A stretch of DNA of 64,000 bases from an uncultured beta proteobacterium (GTDB taxonomy: Bacteria; Pseudomonadota; Gammaproteobacteria; Burkholderiales; Gallionellaceae). The notes beneath the pieces are model-generated. The model was not told the DNA's origin and ran no database searches. It saw nothing but the letters and a program-made list of their open reading frames with translations. Shown one piece after another: positions 29,362-38,953 of this stretch (position 1 is its first letter; the number at the start of each line of letters is the position of its first letter). Where the stretch lies: positions 144,030 to 208,029 of the forward strand of contig CAWHAD010000002.1 in the NCBI GenBank assembly GCA_963827265.1, given 5' to 3'. The position numbers and the translations under genes are program-made.

Positions 29362-29492
29362 AGCCACAGAGAACACAGGGGACACAGAGATGAAACGGAT
29401 CCCATCTACTTTTCCGGTTCACCTGATGAATATGGTCAATATTTATAACAAGCAATTGTTTTTCCTCTGTGAACTCTGTGTTCTCTGTGGCT
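29362..29492. mobile_element. MITE/REPIN-like element with CACAGAG-repeat terminal inverted arms
   Basis: AGCCACAGAGAACACAGGGGACACAGAG ... CTCTGTGAACTCTGTGTTCTCTGTGGCT around an AT-rich core. Confidence 0.7.
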
Positions 29493-29512
29493 AACCGCTT
29501 TTTTCAGCATCA

Positions 29513-30391
29513 ATGAAAAATCCATTTGACCTGAACAATAATTCTGCCTATTTACAGTGGCGCGATCACAAGCTGGCGCACGCCATCACCGACTCCAGCG
29601 AACTGATCGTCGAGATCGGGGATCCGCGTGCGTTGACCAAAGCCGAACATGCCGCGCTGCTGGAACGCTGCCAACGCAGCAACATGGTCATTTACGCCTG
29701 CAGAAACGCTCAAGTTGATGAACAGGCCGTGCAGCAGTTCGGGCTGCAGTTCGGGCTGGCCGGCCTGGATGCGAACTGGCTCGCGGGAGAACAGGGCATC
29801 ACACGCGTCACCGTATGTGCCGAAGACGGACTGCGGCAGGCTTATATCCCCTATACCGACCGCGCGATCAAATGGCATACCGACGGCTATTACAATCCCC
29901 CCGAACGGCAGATACGCGGCATGATCCTGCACTGCGTGCACAGCGCCGGACAGGGCGGCGAAAACCGCCTGATGGATCATGAGATCGCCTATCTGATGCT
30001 GCGCGATGAAAATCCCGATTTCATCCGCGCGCTGTCCGCAGCGGATGCGATGACGATACCGGAACGCACCGATGAACAGGGTGTGGCACGCGGCGCGCAG
30101 GCCGGCCCGGTGTTTTCGGTCGATCCGGCGACCGGCGCGCTGCACATGCGCTATACCGCCCGCACCCGCAGCATAGAATGGAAACAGGATGCGGCCACGC
30201 TGGCGGCTGTCGCCGCGCTGGAAAAACTGCTCGCTTCCGACTTGCCGCACATCCATCGCTTGCGGCTGGAACCCGGCATGGGATTGCTGTGCAACAACGT
30301 GCTGCACGACCGCGCTGCGTTTGAGGATGACGCGACGGCACCGCGCCTGATGTATCGCGCCCGCTACCATGAGCGGATCGCGGCAAGCTGA
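29513..30391 (+). CDS. TauD/TfdA-family Fe(II)/2-oxoglutarate dioxygenase
   Basis: WHTDGY (HxD), LHC...GGEN, NNVLHDR, R.MYR. Confidence 0.85.
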   Translation: MKNPFDLNNNSAYLQWRDHKLAHAITDSSELIVEIGDPRALTKAEHAALLERCQRSNMVIYACRNAQVDEQAVQQFGLQFGLAGLDANWLAGEQGITRVTVCAEDGLRQAYIPYTDRAIKWHTDGYYNPPERQIRGMILHCVHSAGQGGENRLMDHEIAYLMLRDENPDFIRALSAADAMTIPERTDEQGVARGAQAGPVFSVDPATGALHMRYTARTRSIEWKQDAATLAAVAALEKLLASDLPHIHRLRLEPGMGLLCNNVLHDRAAFEDDATAPRLMYRARYHERIAAS

Positions 30392-30423
30392 TTACTGCGC
30401 TCCAGAAAGCAATTCCCGCCGAT

Positions 30424-30457
30424 AAAAAAACCCGCCATCGTTACGATGGCGGGCTTG
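30424..30457. terminator. Rho-independent terminator (fadL side)
   Basis: AAAAAAACCCGCCATCG-TTA-CGATGGCGGG. Confidence 0.8.
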
Positions 30458-30488
30458 AGGCTATTATAACTTTCACATTGCCCAGCGA

Positions 30489-31773
30489 TTACCAGCCGTA
30501 GGAAACGCCGATCGAGTCTTCATGCATGGTGATGTTTGCTTCTCCTCCGCCCATCTGAGGAGGGATAGAACCGGCGCCATTGACGGTCTGGCTAAAGGCA
30601 TGAACATAGGCCACCGATATTTCAGACTTGTCGGCCAGTGTCCAGGTCGCACCCAAAGACAGGTGATTCTGTACCACACCCGGAGCCAGCATATTCAACA
30701 AGGTCTGGTTGTCCGGTATCGGCTGGTCGCAATGATTCAGGCCGGCACGCAACGTCAGCGTCGAATCGTATGCATAACTTGCCCCAAGTTTCAGGACGGT
30801 AATGTTTTTCCAGCCGAAACCTGGGCCGTCGGATGCGCCGAGGTAGGGGCCTGTTCCGCCAAAAGATGGAGGTACAGCTGTAAATGGAGTTCCAACAGAG
30901 GGGACGTCCGCATAATTTATACGTTCTACGTCGAACGCAACTGTGGTTGCCGGTGTAGCCTTAACCGCGATACCCAGACCATAGTTGGACGGCACGTCGA
31001 AACCGCCCTGCTCGGCAAACAGTCCGCTGTAATTGCTGAACTTGCCCATCTTGGTCTTGCTCTGGTAAGTCGCACCCAGTGTCACGTCAGGAGTCACTTC
31101 GCCGGTCCAACCTACCCTTATGCCGTAACCGGTGGATGTATCAGTGCCTTTATCGCTCAAGGCGCTTGGGTTGCTTGATAACCCAGGTAACATTGGCCCA
31201 TTTATCCCGGTCGCACTGAACATCTGGTAGGCCAGGTTCAGCGAGACACCGACGGCATTGGTCGGGTTGATTTTCTTCGCCCAGGTCGGGGCGATAAACA
31301 GTTGCGACAGGTTAATCGCCCAGGTTGCCAGTGGCCCCAAAAGAAGCGAATGGGTTGGTGTTGTACTGGGTGTTCATGCCGCCGTTACCAAAAACAGAGA
31401 CGCCCAGCGAGGTATCCGAGCTGATCATCTTGTTGTAGCCAAAGTCAGGAATAAAGAAGTTGCTCCTGCCATTACCGTCATAAGTACCATCCGCCGAACA
31501 GCCGGCTCCGCAGATATTGCCTGTGATTTCAGAGGAACGATTCGGCTTGAACCAGGTCAGCGCAAAATCAACATGATCGCCGACCATCACCATCCCGGCC
31601 GGGTTGTTGGCAGCAGCCAAGGAATCCAGCGGCAGCGCGATGCTCGCCCCGCCCATCGCTTCATTCTTTACGCCATAGCCGGTCGGCAAATAACCGTTGG
31701 TGGCATGTGCCAGCAGCGGTGACGCCATCACGCCGGCGGACAACAACGATACGACAATCTTATTCAGTTTCAT
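30489..31773 (-). CDS. OmpP1/FadL-family outer-membrane channel; frameshift near 31318
   Basis: Signal peptide, ATNGY..GYG...AMGG, AANNPAG, beta-barrel pattern, aromatic C-terminus. Confidence 0.88.
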
Positions 31774-31826
31774 TGCTTCTCTCCTCGTTAATTATAATAA
31801 ATGAACCCCCGTTACTTCCCCTGCAA

Positions 31827-32294
31827 CTAAACAAACAAACAGATATCGGTATCGCCCGCGAAGCCCATGAACATCGCGGCACCGCCGTATTCGCACTGCT
31901 CGATGAATTCGCTCTTGTCGAATTCGAACAGATCGACCGTCATCTGGCAGGCTATGAATTTCACTTCGGCCTCCAGACAGAGGCTGCGCAATTCCTCAAG
32001 CGACGCAACACCATGCTTCTTGAGCTTCTGCTTCATCATCATGGTTGCCATCGATTCCATGCCGGGCAGCATCTGAACAAACACCGGCATCGGCACCGGC
32101 ATCGGCATCGCCGGGTTGGCGAGCGGGCTGATCATCACATTGGACAAGTCCTTGCGCAGCAATTGCAGTCCGTAGAAGGTGAAGAAAACCTGCACCTCAT
32201 AACCCAATGCAGCAGCGGTCGAAGCCAGGATGAATGGTGGATAGGCCATATCCAGCGTGCCTTTGGTGGCGATGATCGCCATTTTCTTGCTCAT
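31827..32294 (-). CDS. dsrE2: DsrE2-type sulfurtransferase
   Basis: TKGTLDMAYPPFILASTAAA, FFTFYG, IACQMTVDLF. Confidence 0.92.
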   Translation of the reverse strand: MSKKMAIIATKGTLDMAYPPFILASTAAALGYEVQVFFTFYGLQLLRKDLSNVMISPLANPAMPMPVPMPVFVQMLPGMESMATMMMKQKLKKHGVASLEELRSLCLEAEVKFIACQMTVDLFEFDKSEFIEQCEYGGAAMFMGFAGDTDICLFV

Positions 32295-32338
32295 GTTTAC
32301 CCCCCTAAATTATGGTTATGATCGGAAGAAATACTGCC

Positions 32339-32572
32339 TTATTTTTTCTTCATGTAAAAAGTGTAAACGCCATTTGCTTCCTCGGTCGACAGCAAGCTGT
32401 TGCCGGTTTGATCGGCGAATGCCTGCATATCCTTGACAGCGCCGCAATCCGTCGCAATCAGTTTGAGTACTTGTCCGGAAGCCATATCAGCAAGTGATTT
32501 TTTGGTCTTCAGGATAGGCAATGGGCAGGACAGGCCGCTCGCATCAAATTCTTTGTCAAAGTTCATCTTCAT
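32339..32572 (-). CDS. tusA: TusA sulfur carrier
   Basis: DASGLSCPLPILKTKK, ATD.G. Confidence 0.93.
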   Translation of the reverse strand: MKMNFDKEFDASGLSCPLPILKTKKSLADMASGQVLKLIATDCGAVKDMQAFADQTGNSLLSTEEANGVYTFYMKKK

Positions 32573-32720
32573 CTCCTGCAGGTTAATAAAATAGGCGCCA
32601 ATTTCGCATTGGTTCTAATGATTAAAGTTCACAAAAGTGTTACGCACGTATTACAAATTTGCCGGAACATTATAGGAATATGGGGCCAACCAGTGTCCAT
32701 ACCCACTTAGAGTTTATGGA

Positions 32721-32738
32721 ATAACCCGTTAGGGTTAT
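32721..32738. promoter_or_regulatory. Perfect palindromic operator candidate upstream of tusA/dsbC
   Basis: ATAACCC-GTTA-GGGTTAT. Confidence 0.65.
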
Positions 32739-33005
32739 TCTTCAAAAAGAAAATGATTCCCAATAAATTCCGAATTAACGGTAGTGCAAATTACGCCATT
32801 TTTCGGCTCAGGTAAATGCATGTTAGCGGGAATCGTCTAGCGCATTGGAGAATAAAGTAGAATCCTGATTCCAACAGGCGGCAAACAGATTTACCCTGTA
32901 ATTGTTCAGCGATCACCGAACGAAATTCAAATCGCAACCGTTTGGGGTTACCTGAAACTGATAAACCCGGCGATCAACCATAACAAGGTGTCACAGGAAC
33001 CAGGC

Positions 33006-33713
33006 ATGAAATCATTTTATTGTTTTGTACTACTTGCATTGCTCATGGTCAATTCGGCTTTCGCCGACGAAGCCGCCATCAGAACCGGGATGGCAAAGAA
33101 ATTCCCCTATTCAAAGATCATCAGCGTCAGCAAAACACCCTATTCAGGTTTGTATGAAGTGGTGTTTGATGACCATCTGGTCTATACCGACGAGCAGATG
33201 ACCTATCTTTTCTCCGGCAACATTCTCGATATGCATACCCTCAGGAATCTGACCGAAGACAGAGAAAAGCAGCTGTATGCAATCAATTTCGATGCCCTGC
33301 CCCTGGATCTGGCGATCAAGAACGTGAAAGGCAATGGCAAACGAAGGATGGCGGTATTCACCGATCCGAATTGCCCATATTGCAAGCGGCTGGAAAAAGC
33401 GATGGTCAACCTGACCAATGCGACGGTTTATATTTTCGTGTATCCGATCCTGCCCGGTTCAGAAGAAAAAGCCAATGCAATCTGGTGTGCGCCCGACAGG
33501 CTCAAGGCCTGGGAGGATCATATGCTGAAAGGTGTGGAGCCAAAAATGGATAAGGCATGCGATACGTCAGCTTTGACGAAAATTTCCATGCAGGCGAAAG
33601 CGCTCGGAATCAACCTCACCCCCACCCTGGTTTTCGAGGACGGCGAGATCAAGCCGGGCACATTGACGCTGGAACTGCTCGAGGAGCGTCTTGCAGAAGC
33701 AGAACCCAAATAA
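33006..33713 (+). CDS. dsbC: DsbC-family thiol:disulfide isomerase
   Basis: Signal peptide, TPYSGLYEV dimerisation domain, FTDPNCPYC, IWC, TP. Confidence 0.85.
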   Translation: MKSFYCFVLLALLMVNSAFADEAAIRTGMAKKFPYSKIISVSKTPYSGLYEVVFDDHLVYTDEQMTYLFSGNILDMHTLRNLTEDREKQLYAINFDALPLDLAIKNVKGNGKRRMAVFTDPNCPYCKRLEKAMVNLTNATVYIFVYPILPGSEEKANAIWCAPDRLKAWEDHMLKGVEPKMDKACDTSALTKISMQAKALGINLTPTLVFEDGEIKPGTLTLELLEERLAEAEPK

Positions 33714-33829
33714 TATTTGCCGATCGGTTTTCGGCAAATCGTTCGATAATTGCCATGCCCATCCTTGAAGTACAGGATGAATTTATCTTTTGTTCACAAC
33801 AAGACAGAATTTACTTCAATAAAGTCAGG

Positions 33830-33863
33830 CCGAAAAGAGGGCGCAATATGCGCCCTCTTTCGG
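33830..33863. terminator. Bidirectional terminator
   Basis: CCGAAAAGAGGGCGCA..TGCGCCCTCTTTCGG between convergent genes. Confidence 0.75.
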
Positions 33864-33902
33864 TTTTCCTGCCCTGCGAATCCGGCATTCGCCAAGACTG
33901 GA

Positions 33903-34418
33903 TCAGGGCTGGATCATGACATAACCTTCCTGTACCAGTTGCACGATCCTGCCGATCGCACCGGCATTCACTTTCACACCGGGCAACAGGTTTTCATTGC
34001 CCCACTTGTTCGCTTTCATGGTTACGCCGCATTCCTCGATCTGTGCACCCTGCTTGATCAGCTCTTCGACCGTGTTCTTGTAGGGATTCCCGGTGCTGAT
34101 TTTGCGCGCCTTGTTATAAGCTTCATCGTTAAGCAGCATATATCCCCCATCCCCGTGAAAAACACCGACCAGGTTCAACGTATTACCTGGCTGATGAAAA
34201 CGTTTAAGTACGAGAGTCATATGTTTGAGACCGACAGGCATATCACCGTTGAAGGCGGTATGGTCCATATTGAAAACAATCTTTGCCTGTTTGATCGTAA
34301 CCGGGACATCGATATGGATCTGAGGTACGGTATCCGCCCAGGCTGAAACTGCAGGCAACCCGGCAGCAACAAGAGTCGAAACGGAAAGAATAAGCGCAAC
34401 GTTTGGCATCAATTTCAT
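33903..34418 (-). CDS. Exported DsrE-family protein
   Basis: Signal peptide, KIVFNM, VFHGDG, NPY, IEECGVTM, LVQEGY. Confidence 0.85.
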   Translation of the reverse strand: MKLMPNVALILSVSTLVAAGLPAVSAWADTVPQIHIDVPVTIKQAKIVFNMDHTAFNGDMPVGLKHMTLVLKRFHQPGNTLNLVGVFHGDGGYMLLNDEAYNKARKISTGNPYKNTVEELIKQGAQIEECGVTMKANKWGNENLLPGVKVNAGAIGRIVQLVQEGYVMIQP

Positions 34419-34613
34419 TTTTATTCCTTGTGATTAATGTTAAGAATGGACGCGAACAGGAACCAACTCCGCTCGATCCGATTACGCTCCCGACGACAGG
34501 CGTTTCAGGACGATTTACCGCACGCCATTACCTGATGGCGCAAATAAATTACTTTGAATTCCCTTCATTTCAATCAATGCTGATGCTTGAACACGATCCG
34601 GGACGTGACAGAA

Positions 34614-35084
34614 TTATTGCAGCGCATCCTTGACGATGCCTGAAAGCAGTTCATCGACAGCCTTGAGCGCCTGCCTCGAAGCGGGAGAACCGGTTATCTG
34701 CGGCTTGCGGTAAGCTATCCGCACTTCACGGGGCTTTCCGGGCACCACGTAAACCGAAATGACGTAGGGGCAAAACACGATGTTATCCGGGTCGGCCTCC
34801 ATCATCTTGCGCGACACCACGGCACTGCAAAATTCCAGCGCTTCAGCCTTCAGGAATACCTGTTTTCCGTCCCCCAGATCCTTGCCGGTGCGTTCCAGCA
34901 TCTCACCAATATGGGAAACATTATTGACCACCATCCCCCTGTCTGTGATCGCCATTTCGACATCGTCCCTGACGTCTTGAAAATTGCCCGCTTTGGTCGA
35001 AACAACCATGTAATCGCCCGCCGCCAGCGCGCCCTGGACCAATCCGGCGAACAGCAGCGTTGCCATCAGTGTAATTCTAAACAT
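34614..35084 (-). CDS. Exported DUF302 protein
   Basis: Signal peptide MFRITLM..ALA, EFCS, FCPY. Confidence 0.85.
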   Translation of the reverse strand: MFRITLMATLLFAGLVQGALAAGDYMVVSTKAGNFQDVRDDVEMAITDRGMVVNNVSHIGEMLERTGKDLGDGKQVFLKAEALEFCSAVVSRKMMEADPDNIVFCPYVISVYVVPGKPREVRIAYRKPQITGSPASRQALKAVDELLSGIVKDALQ

Positions 35085-35203
35085 CGTCCTCTCCTTGCCA
35101 CGTAAAAATTCATTGTACTGCAACGATACCGCTTCACGGACGAACAGCGGGTCTCGAATACCCTGTAACCCCCTACCCGGGATGGGCCGGAATTTTGCTA
35201 TCG

Positions 35204-35231
35204 AAAAAAACCCACCAGACGATCTGGTGGG
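35204..35231 (-). terminator. Terminator after porin gene
   Basis: CCCACCAGA-TCG-TCTGGTGGG plus T-run on the minus strand. Confidence 0.75.
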
Positions 35232-35263
35232 CAGGGGGAATTGCAATGAATACCGTTATTTTC

Positions 35264-36610
35264 TTAAAAGGCAGTCGTTACCCGCACGCCGACCTTGTTG
35301 CCCACGCCGCTGAGGTTTTTGTTGGCGTTGGTGCATGGCACAGTAGATGCGGTGCATTTGAAATCACGCAGTTCATAGTTCAACGTGACATGAGCCAAGG
35401 GGTTGAAGTTGTACTTCACGCCCAATGACGTTTTGGAGAACTTGTGTTCGTCGGTAGCGCCGGTATTCAAATCTACCGTGTCGTAGCGCGCATCCAGCTC
35501 CCACTTGGTGCCCGGAACGTACCAGCCGCCGTCCAGATACCAGCCGTTGGCCTTCGCAGTCGAACCATTGGTGCTGACAAAAAGATAGCTGGGCTTGTCC
35601 GGGCCTTCAAAGATCATGCCATCGGCGCTGATGTACTCGAACGAGACGCGGTATGGCCTGGCCATATAATCAACGCCAAAGCCGGAGCGATCCCGTTTGT
35701 AGAGTTTGGGGTTGGCAACTGCATCACCCGTAACATCCGCAAGGCGCTGGCCCGACTGACTCCAGACATAGAATTTCAGGCCATCCGCCGGGCCCGTGCT
35801 GGCAAGATTCTTTTCGGTTGCCAGATACAGGTAGGTATCATATCTGCCATCGAGGTTGCTGAGCTCTATGCCGCTGCCCTGACCGACCATTGCCGCATAG
35901 GTCAAACTCCAGTCCTTGCCCATGTCAAAACTATCGAACACCTGGACACCCGAATCGCGGAAACCACCGGCCGGTTTGGTAAAACCGTTCAAAGCGCCGC
36001 CGCTCGCCTGAAGCGAAGTGAGGCTTGCGGGTGCTATGTTCGCCGTATATGTCGCGTTCGGAAAACGCTCCAGCAGCAGGGCATTGGTGGCTTCGGAAAA
36101 GTCCATATAGGTCGTTGCAATCGTGCTCTGCATACCCTCGTCGGAACCGGGATATTTGAACAGTCCGACACGGACACGGGCGCCCTTGATGTAATTCAGG
36201 GTGACGCTGGCATCGGTCAGCGCGGGACCGGTAGATCCAGTACTGGTATAATTTGTTGCCGCATTGCCCAGTTCTGTCAACACAAAATAATTGATGTGGT
36301 CATCCAGCGGAAAACCCGTGCCACGCACACCGACCTGGGCATGCAGGACATTGAAACCTGATTGTGCATCCAGATTGGGGCCGAGCAACTTGGGTGGCAC
36401 ATAAACATTCCCGGTGGCGTTGGCGCTGCTGTAATCCTTCATGAAATCCGCTTCGACGAAGCCAAAGACATGCGCGGGGACCGAAGCGGCAGCAGGTTCG
36501 GTGCCTTGCAGCATCAGCCAGTCAAGTGCGTTAGCCGTGCCTGCTGTTGCGAAACCGAGTGTGATAGCAGCGCTGATCAGTGTGCGCTTGAATAGTTTGC
36601 TGACTCCCAT
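35264..36610 (-). CDS. Outer-membrane porin (OprO/OprP-like beta-barrel)
   Basis: Signal peptide, TDASVT..RVG.FK, RDSGVQ, RYD, C-terminal Phe. Confidence 0.8.
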   Translation of the reverse strand: MGVSKLFKRTLISAAITLGFATAGTANALDWLMLQGTEPAAASVPAHVFGFVEADFMKDYSSANATGNVYVPPKLLGPNLDAQSGFNVLHAQVGVRGTGFPLDDHINYFVLTELGNAATNYTSTGSTGPALTDASVTLNYIKGARVRVGLFKYPGSDEGMQSTIATTYMDFSEATNALLLERFPNATYTANIAPASLTSLQASGGALNGFTKPAGGFRDSGVQVFDSFDMGKDWSLTYAAMVGQGSGIELSNLDGRYDTYLYLATEKNLASTGPADGLKFYVWSQSGQRLADVTGDAVANPKLYKRDRSGFGVDYMARPYRVSFEYISADGMIFEGPDKPSYLFVSTNGSTAKANGWYLDGGWYVPGTKWELDARYDTVDLNTGATDEHKFSKTSLGVKYNFNPLAHVTLNYELRDFKCTASTVPCTNANKNLSGVGNKVGVRVTTAF

Positions 36611-36716
36611 TTTATTACTCCTCTGTTTTTTAGTAATAGTTGCGTAAATTAAAACCAGACTTGAGTCTGCGATACAAACAGATGGCCAAGCCTCGCCACT
36701 GTCGTATCAATGAATC

Positions 36717-37163
36717 TCAGGGTTTAATATAGACATACCCTTTTCTGACCAGATCACCGATACGCACGACACCGCCAGGCACCACCGTGGCATCCGGATT
36801 GAGTTTCGGTTCATAGCCAAGCAACTTCGTCATGGCATGGAGGGTATTTCCGCATGCAGAGAATTTCACGCCGCTCTGGGAAAGCGAGTCAACGCGTTTA
36901 GCATTAACGTTATCGGCAAACAACAGGCGCAGGCCGGGACCGTAGGCTACGATCTCCACCTGTACCGCACCGGGTGGATAGGCTTCAAGCAGATTTGATG
37001 CATTGTTCAGAACGAGCGCTTGCTTGGATGGATCCATATCGCTCATTTGCAGGACATACTTGTAATCTGCAAAGGACTCTTCAGCCGACCGGGCAGGTGT
37101 GGCAACTGACATCATGAGAAGAGGTATCATGACAAAAAGTAATGATTGAATTTTTTTTAACAT
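36717..37163 (-). CDS. Exported DsrE-family protein
   Basis: Signal peptide, KYVLQMSD, VEIVAYGPGL, FSACGNT, GYVYIKP. Confidence 0.88.
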   Translation of the reverse strand: MLKKIQSLLFVMIPLLMMSVATPARSAEESFADYKYVLQMSDMDPSKQALVLNNASNLLEAYPPGAVQVEIVAYGPGLRLLFADNVNAKRVDSLSQSGVKFSACGNTLHAMTKLLGYEPKLNPDATVVPGGVVRIGDLVRKGYVYIKP

Positions 37164-37349
37164 CGCTAGTCTCCAGATTTGATGGGTGTGGTGATGCACG
37201 TGCAGAGGGAAGCAGCCCCCAACAACAGCGTGCATATCGGTTTGTTGCGTGGTATCGTGAAGCCTAGAGTTGAAGTATTCGTTTCATGCCATGTCTCCTC
37301 CGGTTGTTGAATTATTTTTCTGTTGTTTTTATGGGCGCTGCGATTGTTT

Positions 37350-37375
37350 GACGCCGGTATGTCGTGCTTTATTCC
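37350..37375 (-). promoter_or_regulatory. ECF-type promoter driving the DsrE-porin operon
   Basis: GGAATAAA-N13-GCGTC on the minus strand. Confidence 0.7.
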
Positions 37376-37400
37376 CTGAATCATTTTTTAAAAAAATGAT

Positions 37401-37426
37401 GGAATAAATTTGAAAGCTATTGCGTC
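37401..37426 (+). promoter_or_regulatory. ECF-type autoregulatory promoter of the sigma factor
   Basis: GGAATAAA-N13-GCGTC, same spacing as the divergent copy. Confidence 0.7.
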
Positions 37427-37485
37427 ATATGTACTGCCATGCAATATTCCTTAAAATCCTGTCTATTCCAGTTGGAGCGTTTTAG

Positions 37486-38046
37486 ATGAACATAATCTCC
37501 CTGCTCTGCGGTGCAGATACATTCCAGAAAAAATTTGAAGCTATACGGCCAAATTTGTACCGTGTCGCTTATTCCTGGAGTCATAATGCCGCGCTCGCAG
37601 ACGATCTGGTCCAGGAGGCGCTGGTCAAGGCATTGAAAAACACCAATCAATTGCGCGATCCGGAACTGTTCAATAGCTGGGTATTCAGCATTTTGGCAAA
37701 CTGCTGGCGCGACCATTTTCGGCAACACAGGGAAATGGAAGATATAGATGAACTTGAGGATTACCACTGCGCTACACAAATCACCCCGGAAGACGACCAC
37801 TCAAAATCCCAGGTCGTTTCCCGGGTGAGGGACGCGGTCGCCCAACTTCCCATGGGTCAACGCCAGGTACTGACACTGGTTGACCTGGAAGGCTTCCCAT
37901 ATATCGAAGTTGCCAGTATTCTGGCAATTCCGATCGGCACGGTAATGAGTCGTTTATGCAGGGCACGCCAATCGTTAAAGACACTATTGCAGGAACTTGC
38001 CCCGCAACAATCGGCACAGACCCGTCAAATACGGAGGGTCGTATGA
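37486..38046 (+). CDS. ECF RNA polymerase sigma factor
   Basis: ADDLVQE, SWVFSILAN, LP..QRQVLTL, GFPYIEVA.IL.IPIGTVMSRL.RAR. Confidence 0.93.
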   Translation: MNIISLLCGADTFQKKFEAIRPNLYRVAYSWSHNAALADDLVQEALVKALKNTNQLRDPELFNSWVFSILANCWRDHFRQHREMEDIDELEDYHCATQITPEDDHSKSQVVSRVRDAVAQLPMGQRQVLTLVDLEGFPYIEVASILAIPIGTVMSRLCRARQSLKTLLQELAPQQSAQTRQIRRVV

Positions 38047-38789
38047 TGAAACCTCAGCATATTTCCGATGAACTACTGAATTCCTTTGTCGATGGTGAAC
38101 TCGCGCCGCACGAGACAGGCGAAATGTTTATCACCATCGGCCGGGACGATGCATTGAAAGAGCGCGTCTGCGAACTGCGCGGCCTGAAGGAAATGGTTAT
38201 GCATGCCTACCACATGCCGCCGGACAATAAAATTTCGCCGAATAAGCGTCCGGGTGCGTGGCAAATCCCCCGCTTTCAAAACCTGCCCAGACTGGCGACC
38301 TGCATGCTGATGCTGTTGCTGGGGTTGGGATCGGGCTGGGTTATGTTCGGGGGTTCGCATTCGATGGGCGACCCGAAGCTGATGCGCCTGTTTGAAACAG
38401 CACAAGGCAGCCAATTAATTGAAAAGTCCGGCAACATCATCGTTCACGTCAGCAATTCCAACCCGGTCAGACTCAAGACTGCTCTGGATGAAACCGAGAG
38501 TTTACTGAGTTTGTACAAGCGGGAAAATCGGCATGTCAATGTTGAAATTCTCGCCAACGGCAGCGGCATGGATTTGCTGAGATCGGATGTATCGCCTTAT
38601 GCAAAGCGCATTGCCATGATGAAGGCAAAATACCCGAATCTCGATTTGCTGGCATGCCAGCAAACCATCATGAAGCTGCAGAAACAGGGTATAAACGTTA
38701 AGCTTCTGCCGCACACCGGGTCTACTCATTCAGCGGTAGAGGAAATCGACAAACGCCTGCATCAAGGATGGGACTACGTCAGGGTTTGA
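38043..38789 (+). CDS. Transmembrane anti-sigma factor with C-terminal DsrE-like domain
   Basis: LNSFVDGEL anti-sigma motif, one TM (LATCMLMLLLGLGSGW), then VEILANGSG..LACQQT..GWDYVRV homologous to neighbouring DsrEs; 4-bp overlap with sigma. Confidence 0.85.
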   Translation: MMKPQHISDELLNSFVDGELAPHETGEMFITIGRDDALKERVCELRGLKEMVMHAYHMPPDNKISPNKRPGAWQIPRFQNLPRLATCMLMLLLGLGSGWVMFGGSHSMGDPKLMRLFETAQGSQLIEKSGNIIVHVSNSNPVRLKTALDETESLLSLYKRENRHVNVEILANGSGMDLLRSDVSPYAKRIAMMKAKYPNLDLLACQQTIMKLQKQGINVKLLPHTGSTHSAVEEIDKRLHQGWDYVRV

Positions 38790-38953
38790 GGCTTCAATCA
38801 ACAAAACAACAAGATAAGCCTTATCAACGACAATATTAAAAAACAGTAATATTAAAAACCGGATAATAATAACCATAATTTCTTGCAATGCCTGCATGAA
38901 TGATGTAAGTTTTTTTTTGCAAGTCATAAATTCAAAACGAGGAGGAAATATTA

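Noticed and set aside
32085-32112. CCGGCAT/CGGCA micro-repeat
   Set aside because: Encodes the normal PMPMPVPMP stretch of DsrE2
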